DNA of 64,000 nt from Schmidtea nova (lineage: Eukaryota): assembly GCA_044892505.1 (NCBI GenBank), contig CM097882.1:543492001-543556000 (forward strand), given 5' to 3'. Position 1 is the first letter of the stretch; every line of letters begins with the position of its first letter. Both the position numbers and the translations under genes were made by a program. Below, piece by piece: positions 1 through 11,990 of the stretch. The notes beneath the pieces are model-generated. The model had not been told where the DNA came from and did not search any database. It saw only the letters and a list, made by a program, of their open reading frames with translations.

Positions 1-666
1 ATAAGTTAGAAATATACAAAAAATAAAAATAATTAAATAAACAAACATAATTCAAGCTCCAATTAAACTTTATTTAAATAAAACAAATCTATGTGTATTT
101 TGTTGAATAGTAAATGGTTAGCAAAAAGTATTGCAGCGGGAAAATAAATCACTACTTTGTATCAATAATAAATCATTCAACTAAAATTCTTTTTAAATGC
201 TATTAAATCATGTACCAATACAGATATTTTATCTGAAAGTTTTAATTAAATCAGCCTCTAAGATTTGTATCAGAATTTTGAAAAAAAAATATTATTTGAT
301 GGATTTTTTTTCACACCACAGTATACTGAGTTCATAAAAATCAATAAATTTCAACTAGTTTATTATTAATTGAAAATTAATATTATTAAGAAAATAAAAA
401 AAAACAAATAATAAAACAAACCATTAGAGAAGAATTTGACTGCGGTTTTGCATTGTCATCTTTGTAACTCGTAATAGTAGTCAACTGAAAATAATTCACT
501 TTCCATNNNNNNNNNNNNNNNNNNNNNNNNNNNNNNNNNNNNNNNNNNNNNNNNNNNNNNNNNNNNNNNNNNNNNNNNNNNNNNNNNNNNNNNNNNNNNN
601 NNNNNNNNNNNNNNNNNNNNNNNNNNNNNNNNNNNNNNNNNNNNNNNNNNNNNNNNNNNNNNNNNG

Positions 667-824
667 ATGACTAAAGATCAAAATTTTTTTTATAAACAAT
701 AACACAATATTTCGGCACGGCCTTTATCAAGTGTGTATTTGAAATTTTGATCTATAGTCATCATTATGGGAATTATTGATAATAATAATAAAAAAAGATC
801 AAAGGTGAAAAAAGATAATTATGA

Positions 825-830
<6 letters not shown>
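667..830. mobile_element. Dispersed palindromic repeat (Penelope-like pLTR / retrozyme-like family), copy A
   Basis: Shares ttgatctatagtcat..attatg..aattattgat..aaagatcaaaggtgaaa..aagataattatgat with loci at 1773, 17921/18361, 25800, 33605, 42560 and 49313. Arms gatgactaaagatcaaaattt and aaattttgatctatagtcatc are inverted around a hammerhead-like core. Confidence 0.7.
702..734 (-). ncRNA. Minimal type I hammerhead ribozyme-like motif, U3-A8 variant (most intact copy)
   Basis: Minus strand reads ACAC-UUGAUAA-A-GGC CGU GCC-GAAA-UAUU-GUGU: stem I ACAC/GUGU, core UUGAUAA, stem II GGC/GCC, GAAA, self-complementary AUAU stem III. Predicted cleavage between 706 and 705. Confidence 0.65.

Positions 831-856
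<26 letters not shown>
825..856. repeat. (ATT)n microsatellite
   Basis: Direct reading. Confidence 0.95.
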
Positions 857-1772
857 GATATTAAATATGACAAAACTTCAGAATAAATATTGATATTTGA
901 TTACGGTTTAAGAAACACAATAGAAGATTAATCCATAATTTAATTTAATTAATATTATATCATTTATTAAATTAGTCAAGTATATTAATTAACACCTTTA
1001 TTGCCCTAGAATAACACGTAATTCCTGATAATTATTAATTTTTACGACCATAATATCTATCTGACTCATTAGTCAGTTCAAATATAGACGTAAATATCAG
1101 AATAAATATGAAAAAATACTCTAAAATAGTTGCAGGGCGTCAGCAAATTATGTTTTAACATTGAATATGTTAAATTAAATAGTTTATTTAACTAGATCCC
1201 TACAGTAAACATTATATTTGATTTTAGATTCAGTTATGCGAAGAATCATATTCTAAAATCTAGATGAAAACGGCAATATTAAAATACTAGTGTATTCAAA
1301 ATAATTGCAGCATAGATGTTGCAAAAGAAGATCAGATATTTCCAACACTAAATTGGTCTTCGTGATTACCTGATCTAAATATTATGAAAAATGTATGTAA
1401 CATTATTTCTAACCAAATTTATGTTATGGGACACAATAAAATTAAATAGACTTAGAAACAAATAATCAAGCGTCTAGAATGTAAATAAACACGAGCATGT
1501 AAAATGTTTCCTAGGAATTTTATAATGACTTCAGAACAAGTTAAATTGAAACATTGAAATAGAAGGGAAACTCATAAAACCGACGTTTTAAAAATATCAA
1601 GTATGAATGTATAAAAAGAATTCGCCTTTTAAGTCTCATAAATAATTTATCTGTTTCAAAATAAGTTATTAAAATTTTTTAATAAATACTTTGTTGAAGC
1701 ATAGTTTGATAAAATGTGTAATTTATATAAATTACACAAATGTAAAATAGTTATTTTTACACAAATGTAAAA

Positions 1773-2035
1773 TATTTATATCAATAATTTTCATAATTGT
1801 ATGATTTGATCAAAAAAATTTTTATTTTGGTCTTTGGTTGTTAAGTTCACAATATTTCGGCACAGCCTTTAATAATGTGTGTATTGGTGATGGTTGATAA
1901 AGACTATGCCGAAATATCGTTTACTTAACTACCAAAAACCAAAATAAATTTTTTTGATCTATAGTCATACAATTATGAAAATTATTGATATAAATCAAAA
2001 TAGATCAAAGGTGAAACCAAAATATAATTATGATT
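1773..2035. mobile_element. Same repeat family, copy B; ~110-bp inverted arms with two decayed hammerhead-like cores back to back
   Basis: 1773-1875 is the reverse complement of 1894-1995. Plus-strand core TTGATAA-AGAC TAT GCC-GAAA-TATC at 1894-1918. Confidence 0.75.
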
Positions 2036-3248
2036 GTAAAATATTTAATGTATAAATAAATTTCGCCAACTGGATTTCGGCTAGACAAATATTTATATAT
2101 CTTTTTAAATTTGAAACACTTTCTACAAAAAATTTGAAATAATTTTGAGATACAATTTCTAATGATGCCCAAGCAATTTTATGATACTAATTGTTCAAAT
2201 TATTTACTGTCACACTGCGAGTATTTTTGTTTCCATTATAATAAAAGAAATAATAATAAAATCTAGAACAATTAAATTCTTGAAAATGATAAAAATATAT
2301 CTAACATAAAATATTTGAAAACATTGACAACAAGTACATATAAAATATTCAAAGGAACAATTAAAAGAAATCAGACCTGGATTCTTATTTACAATTTTAT
2401 TAATAATTTTACTTGAAATTAATAATTTTCTATTAGTATTTAATATATTACACCTGTCACATTTAATTTTAACGTTTTTAATTATTTAAAAATATTAAAT
2501 AATTTATATTTATTTATTTAAAATTTAATTTCACTAAATAAATTAAAAATAAATTATAAAAATTAATCAACACTATAATTTCGAATTTCATGTTATTTAG
2601 CATAAAAATTAAGTGCATGATACAAACAAAACCCAACATAATTATATTATGCAGACCCAGATTTTAGCAAGTAATTATATTTCATTACGTTATCGTGACA
2701 TCGATAAATGACACTCCAGAACGGTTTTCTATACAAATATAATCAAAATTATTAATATTTTCCATGAAAATATTTGAAAAATAAATAGAAATTTTCATTT
2801 TTATGCCATTTAAAAATAGAATGAATCAAATGAAACAATTTCTTGAAATAAGAATCACAGATTTGCATTAAATTTGTGAAAAGGACGCAGTCAACAGCAC
2901 ATTGCCATTGGTGCTTCTTTTTTCATCAACTCCAAAATATTTAGAGTTTTATATAGATGATATATCATATTTTTGTTTTCAATCATTTTATTTGACTTGA
3001 TGGTTTTATTTGAAAGTACAAGATTAAAATTGCAATTANNNNNNNNNNNNNNNNNNNNNNNNNNNNNNNNNNNNNNNNNNNNNNNNNNNNNNNNNNNNNN
3101 NNNNNNNNNNNNNNNNNNNNNNNNNNNNNNNNNNNNNNNNNNNNNNNNNNNNNNNNNNNNNNNNNNNNNNNNNATGATACAAGTTTATGATATAAGTTTA
3201 TTGTTTTATCAATTGAAAGATTTGCCAATTTGAGTTCATCTGTTAGAG

Positions 3249-3953
3249 CAGTGTTTCTCAATTTTTTGACCCATGCGTACCCCTTGTAAACATTTTCCAA
3301 CTCTGTGTACCCCTACTGAAAATTGTAGGATTTAATATTTTAAAAAAACTAATCAGATATTGCTATTTTTAATATAGATTAGGGTTCGAAAATATATACA
3401 AGCATATACAAATATTGTATAAAAAACAAATAATAATATGTATTTATTAATATGAGGGACGGTCCGATATGGTGACGCCTAGGCCTCCTGTCAAAATTAT
3501 AGAATAATTTTTTGCATAAAAAAATAGATATAACACAGACACAATGTTCTATGTACTCCACAAAATCAAAATTATACTGATTTCAAGTCGAGATACGTGG
3601 CGTATCGTAACGGTCGTGGCGACCGGTTAATAAATCACGGAATCTATAAAACGTCACTTTATGTATTTTCACGGAATCTTTAAAACGCCACAGCAAATTT
3701 TAGTCAGTCTATAAAAATAATGTTTATATTTGACAAACAAAAAACTAGCTACTGGTATCTAGCTAGAGCGATACATTATGAATATTCTTTGAATTATTTT
3801 ATTTTTACTTTCTTTGGATTTGTACATTTCTGCATAGATTATTATGTTGAAAAAAATATTTTTTTCACGTAGCTCATACGGATCCTTCGCGTACCCCCTG
3901 GAGACCCTTCGCGTACCCCCAGGGGTACGCGTACCCCGGTTTGAGAAACACTG
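3249..3953. mobile_element. Non-autonomous hAT (Charlie/Buster-like) element
   Basis: TIR cagtgtttctcaa / ttgagaaacactg; diverged 8-bp TSD tgttagag vs tattaaag; subterminal gggtacgcgtacccc palindromes. Confidence 0.85.
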
Positions 3954-4726
3954 TATTAAAGTTCAAGATAAAGAAATCAACAAATTAATATTTTGCAACA
4001 GAAAATACTTTAGATTTTATAGAATTGAATGCACCTCATTGTCAAAATTGGTTCTGCCTCAACATATCAAGTTCAGTTTTGAGATTTCTCTGAGCCTTTG
4101 GCTTACTAATTAACAATAGCATTTTTGTGTAGAGTTCTAACAACAAAAGCCATTCTACAAGTTAAAATCTTGAAAAGAATTCCATGTCAAATACAAAGCT
4201 AATAATTTGAATTTTATATATAATTTTCATTACGTTTTATTGGACAATTCTTATTTCATCTTAACATGGATGAAATTTATCCTTCATTTTACCCACGGAT
4301 AATATGTATATTATACACGGTTTAATTGCAAAGCTTGGTTCTGTAAAAAACAGTTTGGCATGCATAAAATTCTTTTATCAATTAAATTCGGTTGAAAGCA
4401 AAATTTGAATAGACATGTAAAAAACCCGACAACATTCATTCTTATAATGTCGCTCATTTTAAACAGATCATTTAAATGCAATCAATATGTTTAACTTTTA
4501 AGCAAAATAAATGACTAAAATTCCAAAAAAAGAAAAATAAACCACAATAAATCAATAAAATTATATTGCAGAAAGTCTAATAGTTCACAAAAACAGTTCA
4601 AGTATTATTATTTTCAAACCGCATAAAATCAAATAAAAAGACCGCCAGAAACCAGTAAGACTTTAATAAAATTTAATAAAATTATTAAATATTTCATTAA
4701 GTGACAAACACAACTTAATAAAAATC

Positions 4727-4814
<88 letters not shown>
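4727..4814. repeat. (AAT)n microsatellite
   Basis: Direct reading. Confidence 0.95.
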
Positions 4815-5076
4815 TTGAAGTAAATAAAAATATATATAATTTTTATTGTTTTCTCGTTAGCAGAGATTATTACAATATAATAATTAAGTCCAAAATGGTT
4901 AGCCTTTCTCCGTAATGTTCATTTGATGAAATAATTCGATTTCAAAAAGATCCCGATCACTCAAATTCAAAATTACTTCCAATTGACTTATCACTTCTTC
5001 CCGAGTATTTTTCTTTTTCTGAAATCTGGTTTAATATAGATAATTTAAACAAATTAAGACTCATTTTCGAAATAAA

Positions 5077-5080
<4 letters not shown>

Positions 5081-5139
<59 letters not shown>
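5081..5139. repeat. (TAT)n microsatellite
   Basis: Direct reading. Confidence 0.95.
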
Positions 5140-5141
<2 letters not shown>

Positions 5142-5687
5142 ATTAGCAATAATCGCAATTTATTTTTGAAATATAGTAAAAACATTTGAATGAAAAAGTA
5201 TAAGTTCATAAGGTTTTTTAATTAAGTCAATGTCTTAAATCTAAAGGCCGTGTTTCATAAATCACTTGACATCCTTTTAGCAGGAGCATTCCGTTTGTCA
5301 TAACAATCGGTTAAGGATTAATCATTTTTACATAACAGGAAACTATCATCTAAAAACTATCATAAAACCGTTTTAGTATTATTAAAATAGAAAAGATTTA
5401 GTGACAATCAAAGGGAATTTGGACAAGAAATAGATTGATCTAATGAATATTGTGAAAGGAGAAAGTGTTATAATCAAATCCCGCAATGAATGCTTTATAA
5501 AACCATGAAACTAGAATAAAATTGTGTGTAAGTTTGATTTAACTTCTTCCTCATCTACAACTTTTTATTCAGTCAACATTTATAAAACGTCTTTGAATAT
5601 TTAATAAGGATTTCGTGAACATTTGATTTTAATATTATATCATATTACAAAATCTTCTTTGAAGATTTTAAATATACATTTCATTAA

Positions 5688-6065
5688 CTATATCGAAATG
5701 CTAGATAAAAACTTCCAATTTGGACTAACATTTTGCAATTCTGCTTTCAATTCCTGGAGATCAAGCCCCGGCTGAGATGGATTTGTGTTTGATATAAAAG
5801 AATCTTGTGCCACTTCACAGGTTTCGTATAATTTGGGAATGATTCGCTCCTTGCTGTTTGCTGGTTCAAAGGGAAGAATATTATAATTTCTTGATAAATG
5901 ATCTGTAGATCTGTATTTACAACTTTTCTTACGATGATGAACGTTGCTGTGCATGCTTGCACCGGAATTTGAACATGACTTAGTAGGATATGGTGAGCCA
6001 CCCCGACTAGACGGGGCACTGGCAAACATTGATGCACGAGGTGACCCAGAATCAATATAGCCACT
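5688..6065 (-). CDS. Terminal coding exon, Ser/Pro-rich (SGYIDSGSPRASMFASAPSSRGGSP...SSISI-stop); probably the last exon of the SIK3-like gene
   Basis: Polypyrimidine acceptor ttttatatttttaag before 6065, open frame in phase 0 to TAG at 5688, GC content above the flanks. Assignment to SIK is inference from strand and composition. Confidence 0.6.
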   Translation of the reverse strand, partial: SGYIDSGSPRASMFASAPSSRGGSPYPTKSCSNSGASMHSNVHHRKKSCKYRSTDHLSRNYNILPFEPANSKERIIPKLYETCEVAQDSFISNTNPSQPGLDLQELKAELQNVSPNWKFLSSISI

Positions 6066-6667
6066 CTTAAAAATATAAAATAATATATTAATAATAATAA
6101 TAGAAATAATAGAAAAATTAATATGAAAATTATTGAATTAAAAAAAAAGAATAAACTTGAAACCAAAAGATAACGAAGATAATAATAATAATAAAATAAA
6201 TAAATATTAATTGAAATAATTAAGTTATTAATAAATAATATTTTTTTCATTTTCATTTCATTTAGTTTAGAAAGTCTTTAATAACATAAATTAATAAGTA
6301 TTATTATAAGTATTTAGGTACCCCTCATTGAACTTAATATTCATAATTTCCATAAGTCTTGAAATTAATAGAATAAACGGAATTTAATTTGATAAATGAT
6401 ACACAAAAGTAAATGTCAGAAATGCTAAATGTTCAGTTTACTGAAACAGACAAGTGATTCATTTAATGAAAAATTTTCAAGTTGGATAAACAAAACGAAA
6501 AATGTTTCTAGATTCCAAAGTAATACGCTTGAAAAAATACAATACAAAATTTACACAGAATTTAAATACAAAGCATTTTTGTTTCGGTCAATAGATTCTA
6601 AATTCTTTTCTCCAAAAAAATAAATAATATTTTTTGACGTGTTTGACATGCTGTAGAATAAAGACCA

Positions 6668-6822
6668 TGACGCATTAAAATGTAGCCTGACTCACATCCG
6701 ATCAAAAGCATGAGTAATTGCGATGATTTATCGAAACGACTAATGCGTCATAACCCAATGAGCTAACACGCTCACTTCTTACTGGCGGTTTAAATAGATT
6801 ATAAAGCAGTGTAAATGAGTCA
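6668..6822. promoter_or_regulatory. Cluster of AP-1/CRE-like (bZIP) motifs, candidate enhancer
   Basis: TGACGCA 6668, TGACTCA 6688, TGAGTAA 6711, TGCGTCA 6744, TGAGTCA 6816 within 155 bp. Confidence 0.4.
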
Positions 6823-7833
6823 TGTAGTCGAGATCCATATTTATTCTCACATAAAGTACAGATCAAGACCTAAATGGCATAATGTTTACGTTACTTTCGC
6901 TCAAAGTTTACAGAATAGCAAAACAAGAATGCCTAATGCTAAATTTGATCAGAAATTTTACAATTATATTTCATTAATTTTTGTAACCATCTCCAAGGAA
7001 CTATTTCCCTCGCGTATTTATTTACTAGGAAAAAAGTCAACCTAACCACATAAAAGCAATGTTAGCAAGTTACCATTCTTTTATACCTAAACCAAGATTG
7101 CGTTACATAAAAATTACTATAAAATCTTATATATTCAAAATTGATCTTTTTTCATTTATCTTTATTTTCATTTCTGTTTTTCGACTATTGATCAATATTC
7201 TGTGTTAAATCTAAAGCTAAATATTGATCGATTGTCCAAAACAAATTTAATTATTACATTATTTAATAAGTATATATGTAAATATTTGTCGTGCCAAATA
7301 GCAGGAGTGCGTCCCCAAAATAATGAACTTCTAAGTTTAATACATAAAATCAAAACTTGTCAAATATTGGAAAGTCTAAAAGAAAACAATATCTTTTGTT
7401 TAAAAAATTTTGAATTCCAACAGTTTATTTAAACAAATTTATTCACGGTAATCAAATAATCAATACTTAGCATACAAATATTTATTTATTCCTTGTAAAA
7501 ATAAAAAAAAGAACAAGACAAATTTTTATCAAGCTAAAATTCATGCATGTAATGGAATGCAAATTAAGGAAAACAATTTCAAACGTATACTAAAAATAAG
7601 AAAATCTTCGATGAAAAAAAGAAAGAAAATGCTTAGAATTTCGGTATAGATGTTTAAAAATGTATAAGAAAATAGCGAGAATAATGAACCAATAGAAATT
7701 TGTTTGCAAGGAGTTTAAAAAAAATATTTTTTAATAAAAAATACTTAAAATTTAAGAAAATAAATAAAACAAATAATAAAAGTATGAATTTAAAGATGCA
7801 GAGTAAAATAAACATCAAATTTTATTCACTTAA

Positions 7834-8160
7834 AGTAGTGATTCTCAATCCATGGTACGCGTACTCCTAGGGATACGCGTTTGATGGCTTAGGGGTACGC
7901 GAGAAAAAATCGTAATGGCGCATGTTCAAAATATACTATTCTCCTCTCATCTCAATCCAGTTTCAGACCGGCGGCAAACAGCAGACAAAAAAATTTAACT
8001 TGCTTTAAAGTATGAGTAATGTAAATTTTAATTTGGTGCGCGGTATTGCCGATTGACTACACATAATACTATACACCAGCGATTCTCAACCTTTTTTGGC
8101 TTACGTACCCTTTGGCAATTCATTATCGTCAATTGTACCCCTTACATTAGAAAAATGTTT
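7834..8160. mobile_element. Fragments of hAT (Charlie-like) element ends
   Basis: agtgattctcaa..ggtacgcgtactcctagggatacgcg and cagcgattctcaacc..cgtaccc resemble the 3249-3953 termini; 7935-8010 recurs inverted at 10262-10330. Confidence 0.6.
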
Positions 8161-8338
8161 ATAATTTAAGTACTCGCAGTTGTTATTATTTTAAACTTGT
8201 TCTAACACTACATAAATAGCAATAACGTGTCAAGGAGTATTCCCAAAATGTTTATTTATGAAAACTAAAAGACTTTTTATAGATACATAATTTTTTAATA
8301 AAAGACAACATAATAAATATAAACTATTATAAACAGTA

Positions 8339-10260
8339 CTAGGGGACCGAATTTCGCTCGGAGAAAAGAAAAATAGTTTTTTAATCTCTTTCGCAAAACA
8401 ACTTTAATTTTATTTAACTTTATTCGGCTGAGACAAAAATCGATTTGTCGAGGTAACTGTCGTCGCTGTCACTATCAAGACTTATCGAAGTTTCATTAGA
8501 AGCATTCAATTCTTCTTTCCACACAAAATTATACATGCGACGTTCATTTTCAGGTGGTAACAGAACTTTCAAGGTATTTTGTCGTTTAACACGGGAAAAT
8601 GCTACATACAACATACCGTGATTAAGACAGGTGTACGAAGGTCGACGCCAACAAATTCGAACGTTTTCCCTTGAGATTTATGCACGGTCATCGCAAACGC
8701 TGGTCGAAGCGGAAATTGATGTCGTTGTATTATACATCCAAGTTGGCCTTTAATGGAGTCGAGCTTAACTCGAGGAATGTATACTTCTTGTCAAGGTTTT
8801 TCCCCAATAATTATTTTTGCTTTAACTACGTTGTTTTTATAATTCGGTAACAATCAGGCGTGTTCCATTGCACATACCCTCCGAAATATATAAATTACGC
8901 ATTAGCATAATAATCGTATTTTTCTTTAGTTTTAATTAATGGGATAGCAAATCAGCAATTTCAATCGAATTAAGAAGTTCTGGCATGAATTCAATAACTC
9001 TTTCCTGTTTATCCTTCACAGAATCATGACTTTTATACGATTTGTATTCTCCAGGGAGACGATCGATAATACCTGTCTTCTTTGTTCAGCGGCGGGAGAA
9101 TAACACGTTTCTTCATTCCATCGTAATTTTGATTCGCAAGGCAATTTTCAAATACTTCTTCGATTAAATTGCTATTCGAAATTATATCCTCATGTAATTC
9201 GATTTCATTTAAGTCATTTTTTGGAAGATTTCCATTCCCCAGTTTCAGGATATACTTTGCGAATGCTTCCTGTTCAGGATCGACCCGCATTATTTTTAAC
9301 AAAATACTTTTGAAATACTTCCAGAGATGACTTTTTTTGATCGACAAATCGAGTGTTTCACTACAGTTGCTTCGGAGTTGAACAGGTAAGCACTGACGGA
9401 AATCATCTCCAGTGACTAAAATTTACCCTCTAAATGGCAAGTTTGGATTTGCAATAGACTTCTACAACTGATCCAGATTTTTGTAAACCATACTTTGGTA
9501 ACATTGGTGCCTCATCCATAAGGAAAACATCAACCTGAGCGAGTTCTGTAGCTTTGACTGAACCAGGTATAATGCTGGAAATTGAATCTGACGTAAGCGG
9601 AACTTTCAGACCAAATGTCTTGTGTGATCTTTGTCCAGCAGGCAATAGATTTGATGCGATTCTAGTAAATGCCATATATTTTACTTTGCGATTTCGCCCA
9701 CAAAGTAAGTGATACAAGGTCTTATTCACGAAGGTTTTACAGGTACCGCCTGGTCCATCTATGAAAAAAACATTCTGTTTCAACATAGTTAGAGTCATTG
9801 GCTGCACGTAAAATACTGTCCACAATTTCAATTTGTTTCCCTTGCAGAAGCCAATACATGCGTTCTCCAGTAGCAGCCGACTCATCAGAATTTAAAACAT
9901 CCATGTTTTGGTTATCTTCGCAATAGTCAATGTCATCCATACCATATTGTTCCACACAGAATCGACAATCAAATTAAATTGCAATTTTCTTTTTAAAATA
10001 TTTAGCACAGACACTTCAGCAAAATTTATTATAACTATTCCAAGTATTTGTGACGTCATTCATATGAAAAATGTTTTTCCAAAATTAAGGCCCTAAACGA
10101 ATTTTCCAAAAGTTGTGACCAATTTAGATCATTTTTACACCGGAAAATGGAAGTATGCCAATTTTCAGGAAAAAAATTATAGTGCCGTTTTCGAGAAAAA
10201 ATTTACAGATGAATAAATAAATATACATATATACAATTATTGCTCGTTTAATAATATAGA
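8339..10260 (-). mobile_element. Internally deleted Helitron with both termini; decayed PIF1-like helicase
   Basis: 5' A|TCTATATTATTAAACGAGCAA at 10260; 3' hairpin ccga-gcgaaat-tcgg (8347-8361) then CTAG|T at 8339. Helicase motifs FFIDGPGGTCKT, FLMDEAPM, GDDFRQCLPV, QFPLRPAFAMTVHKSQG and LYVAFSRV, broken by frameshifts. Confidence 0.9.
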
Positions 10261-10329
10261 TAAAGCTGAATTTTTTGTGTGCTGTTTGACGCCACTCTGA
10301 AACTGGATTGAGACGAGAGGAGAATAACT

Positions 10330-11420
10330 CTGGAACAATCTTTTCTTTTATATCTATGAAGAGCGAAATTTCTTGACAAAGATGGTAGAATCACTGCTTA
10401 TCATCTGCTTGCCTAGCGGACCCCACTTTAGTAAATGACATCACAGTATTCTACCTCCAGGTCTACAAAATTCTTTAAATTTTCTGTGATTTAATCCACA
10501 ATCTCTGATAAAATTGACAGTTTTAACAACTGACATCACATGGTCCATCTTCAACTGATGTACACACAAATTTTCCTGATGTATAATGCATTGTGATGCA
10601 ATACATTCATTAGCCTTCTCGGATTTGTATAGCTGTCTGCAATAAACTAATCAGCCCATTCTTTTTTCAACGATTGCAGGAGCTCGATCTGTTGTAATTT
10701 CAGTTAGTTTTAAAAGAACAAGATTTTCTCTAGCAAAGCATTTTTAACTTCATCAAAACATCTTCTCCAATTGTTGCCCTCTTCATATTAGCTAATCTTA
10801 GCAGCTCCTCTGTGATGTTAAAATCACTGTCAGCACCAGGAAAAAATAACTAATTGTACAGTGTTTGTCATGTCAGTACTTTCATCCAAACATATTGAAT
10901 ATGCATCGAAGTTCTCTACCTTTTCTTTTTATATGACTTCGATATTATTTGCCGTATCACCAATTATTCTTATAACTATCATACGAGACAAACTGATGCT
11001 TGAGAAAAGTTGTTTCTTTGCTGGACAAAGACAATCAACATCTGGATCAATGCATTTTTATTAAATTCACCATCAGAAAATGGTTTCAATTTTCTAGCAA
11101 TGATCTCGCTTATTTTAAAACTCGCCTTCGTTACACATTCAATATCTTTTTTTACTTTTGATAATAATGTTTATTGTCATGAGAGTGCTGTTTTGAAGCT
11201 TAAAATGTAATCTTTTCTCAACTGGCCATTAAGCTCATCAAATTTTGATCTATGCTGAGTCTGGTAACACCTCTTTACATTAAATTATTTTTCAGATTAA
11301 GCAAACATACATATTTTTATATTTCACAAAAATATTATTGAGTCCACTGTTCATCAAATAAACGGTATTCACTGTCTACTTTCCTCTTTTTTGTTGAATT
11401 CATTCTTAGTGGTTGTATAT
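10330..11420 (-). pseudogene. hAT (Charlie/SPIN-like) transposase remnant
   Basis: Hand translation gives YSICLDESTD, ITTDRAPA and CIIHQENLC (two catalytic Asp motifs plus the CxxH position); multiple stops. Confidence 0.8.
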
Positions 11421-11472
11421 TTTATCAAATTATTAGATTAATATTGAATACTTGATAACAATAGTAATTATA

Positions 11473-11990
11473 CGTGGTGTGCCCAATAAGTCATGATCCT
11501 AACAAAGATAACCAAGTGTAATGACCAAAAATCTATATATTATTAAAAATACAATATAAATAGCTTATTATTTCTCAATATAATTTCCTTTAGCCTCGAT
11601 ACATTTTTCCCAGCGAACTGTTAACTCAATAAAGGCTTTTTCAAAGAAATTGGCTGTTTTATCGGCAAAGAAATCCGTCACTGCCTCTTTTAAATTTTCT
11701 TTCGTTCCAAACTGTCTACCCTTCAGACTTCTTTTGAGATGGTTGAAGAGGTAGAAATCCGACGGAGCCAAATCTGGACTGTACGGAGGATGCTGCATCA
11801 CTTTAAACCCACACTCCTAAATTACTGCTGTTGAAAGTGCACTAGTGTGCATTGTCGTGCAAATAATACAAATCACACATTCTGCTCTTTCTTCTCAACT
11901 TCCTTACTTGTTGTACAAGATCTGAATAATACTCACTGTTGATTCGAACAGAGGTATCTGCAAAATGATCTGCACGTACAATGTAATATT
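11473..11990 (-). mobile_element. mariner 3' remnant
   Basis: HDNAH..HPPYSPDLAPSDFYLF..RWEKCIEAKGNYIEK; TA followed by TIR-like cgtggtgtgcccaataag at 11473. Confidence 0.85.

Noticed and set aside
496-705. ORFs spanning N-runs (also 2973-3300, 25927-26148, 26757-27128, 36801-37178, 44240-44593, 45019-45363)
   Set aside because: They are open only because N codons contain no stops. Only the minus frame at 26967-27242 has independent splice and phase support.
5747-6256. 169-aa hydrophobic ORF resembling a membrane protein
   Set aside because: The F/I/L/Y-rich part is AT-rich intron; the remainder is an alternative frame of the exon at 5688-6065.
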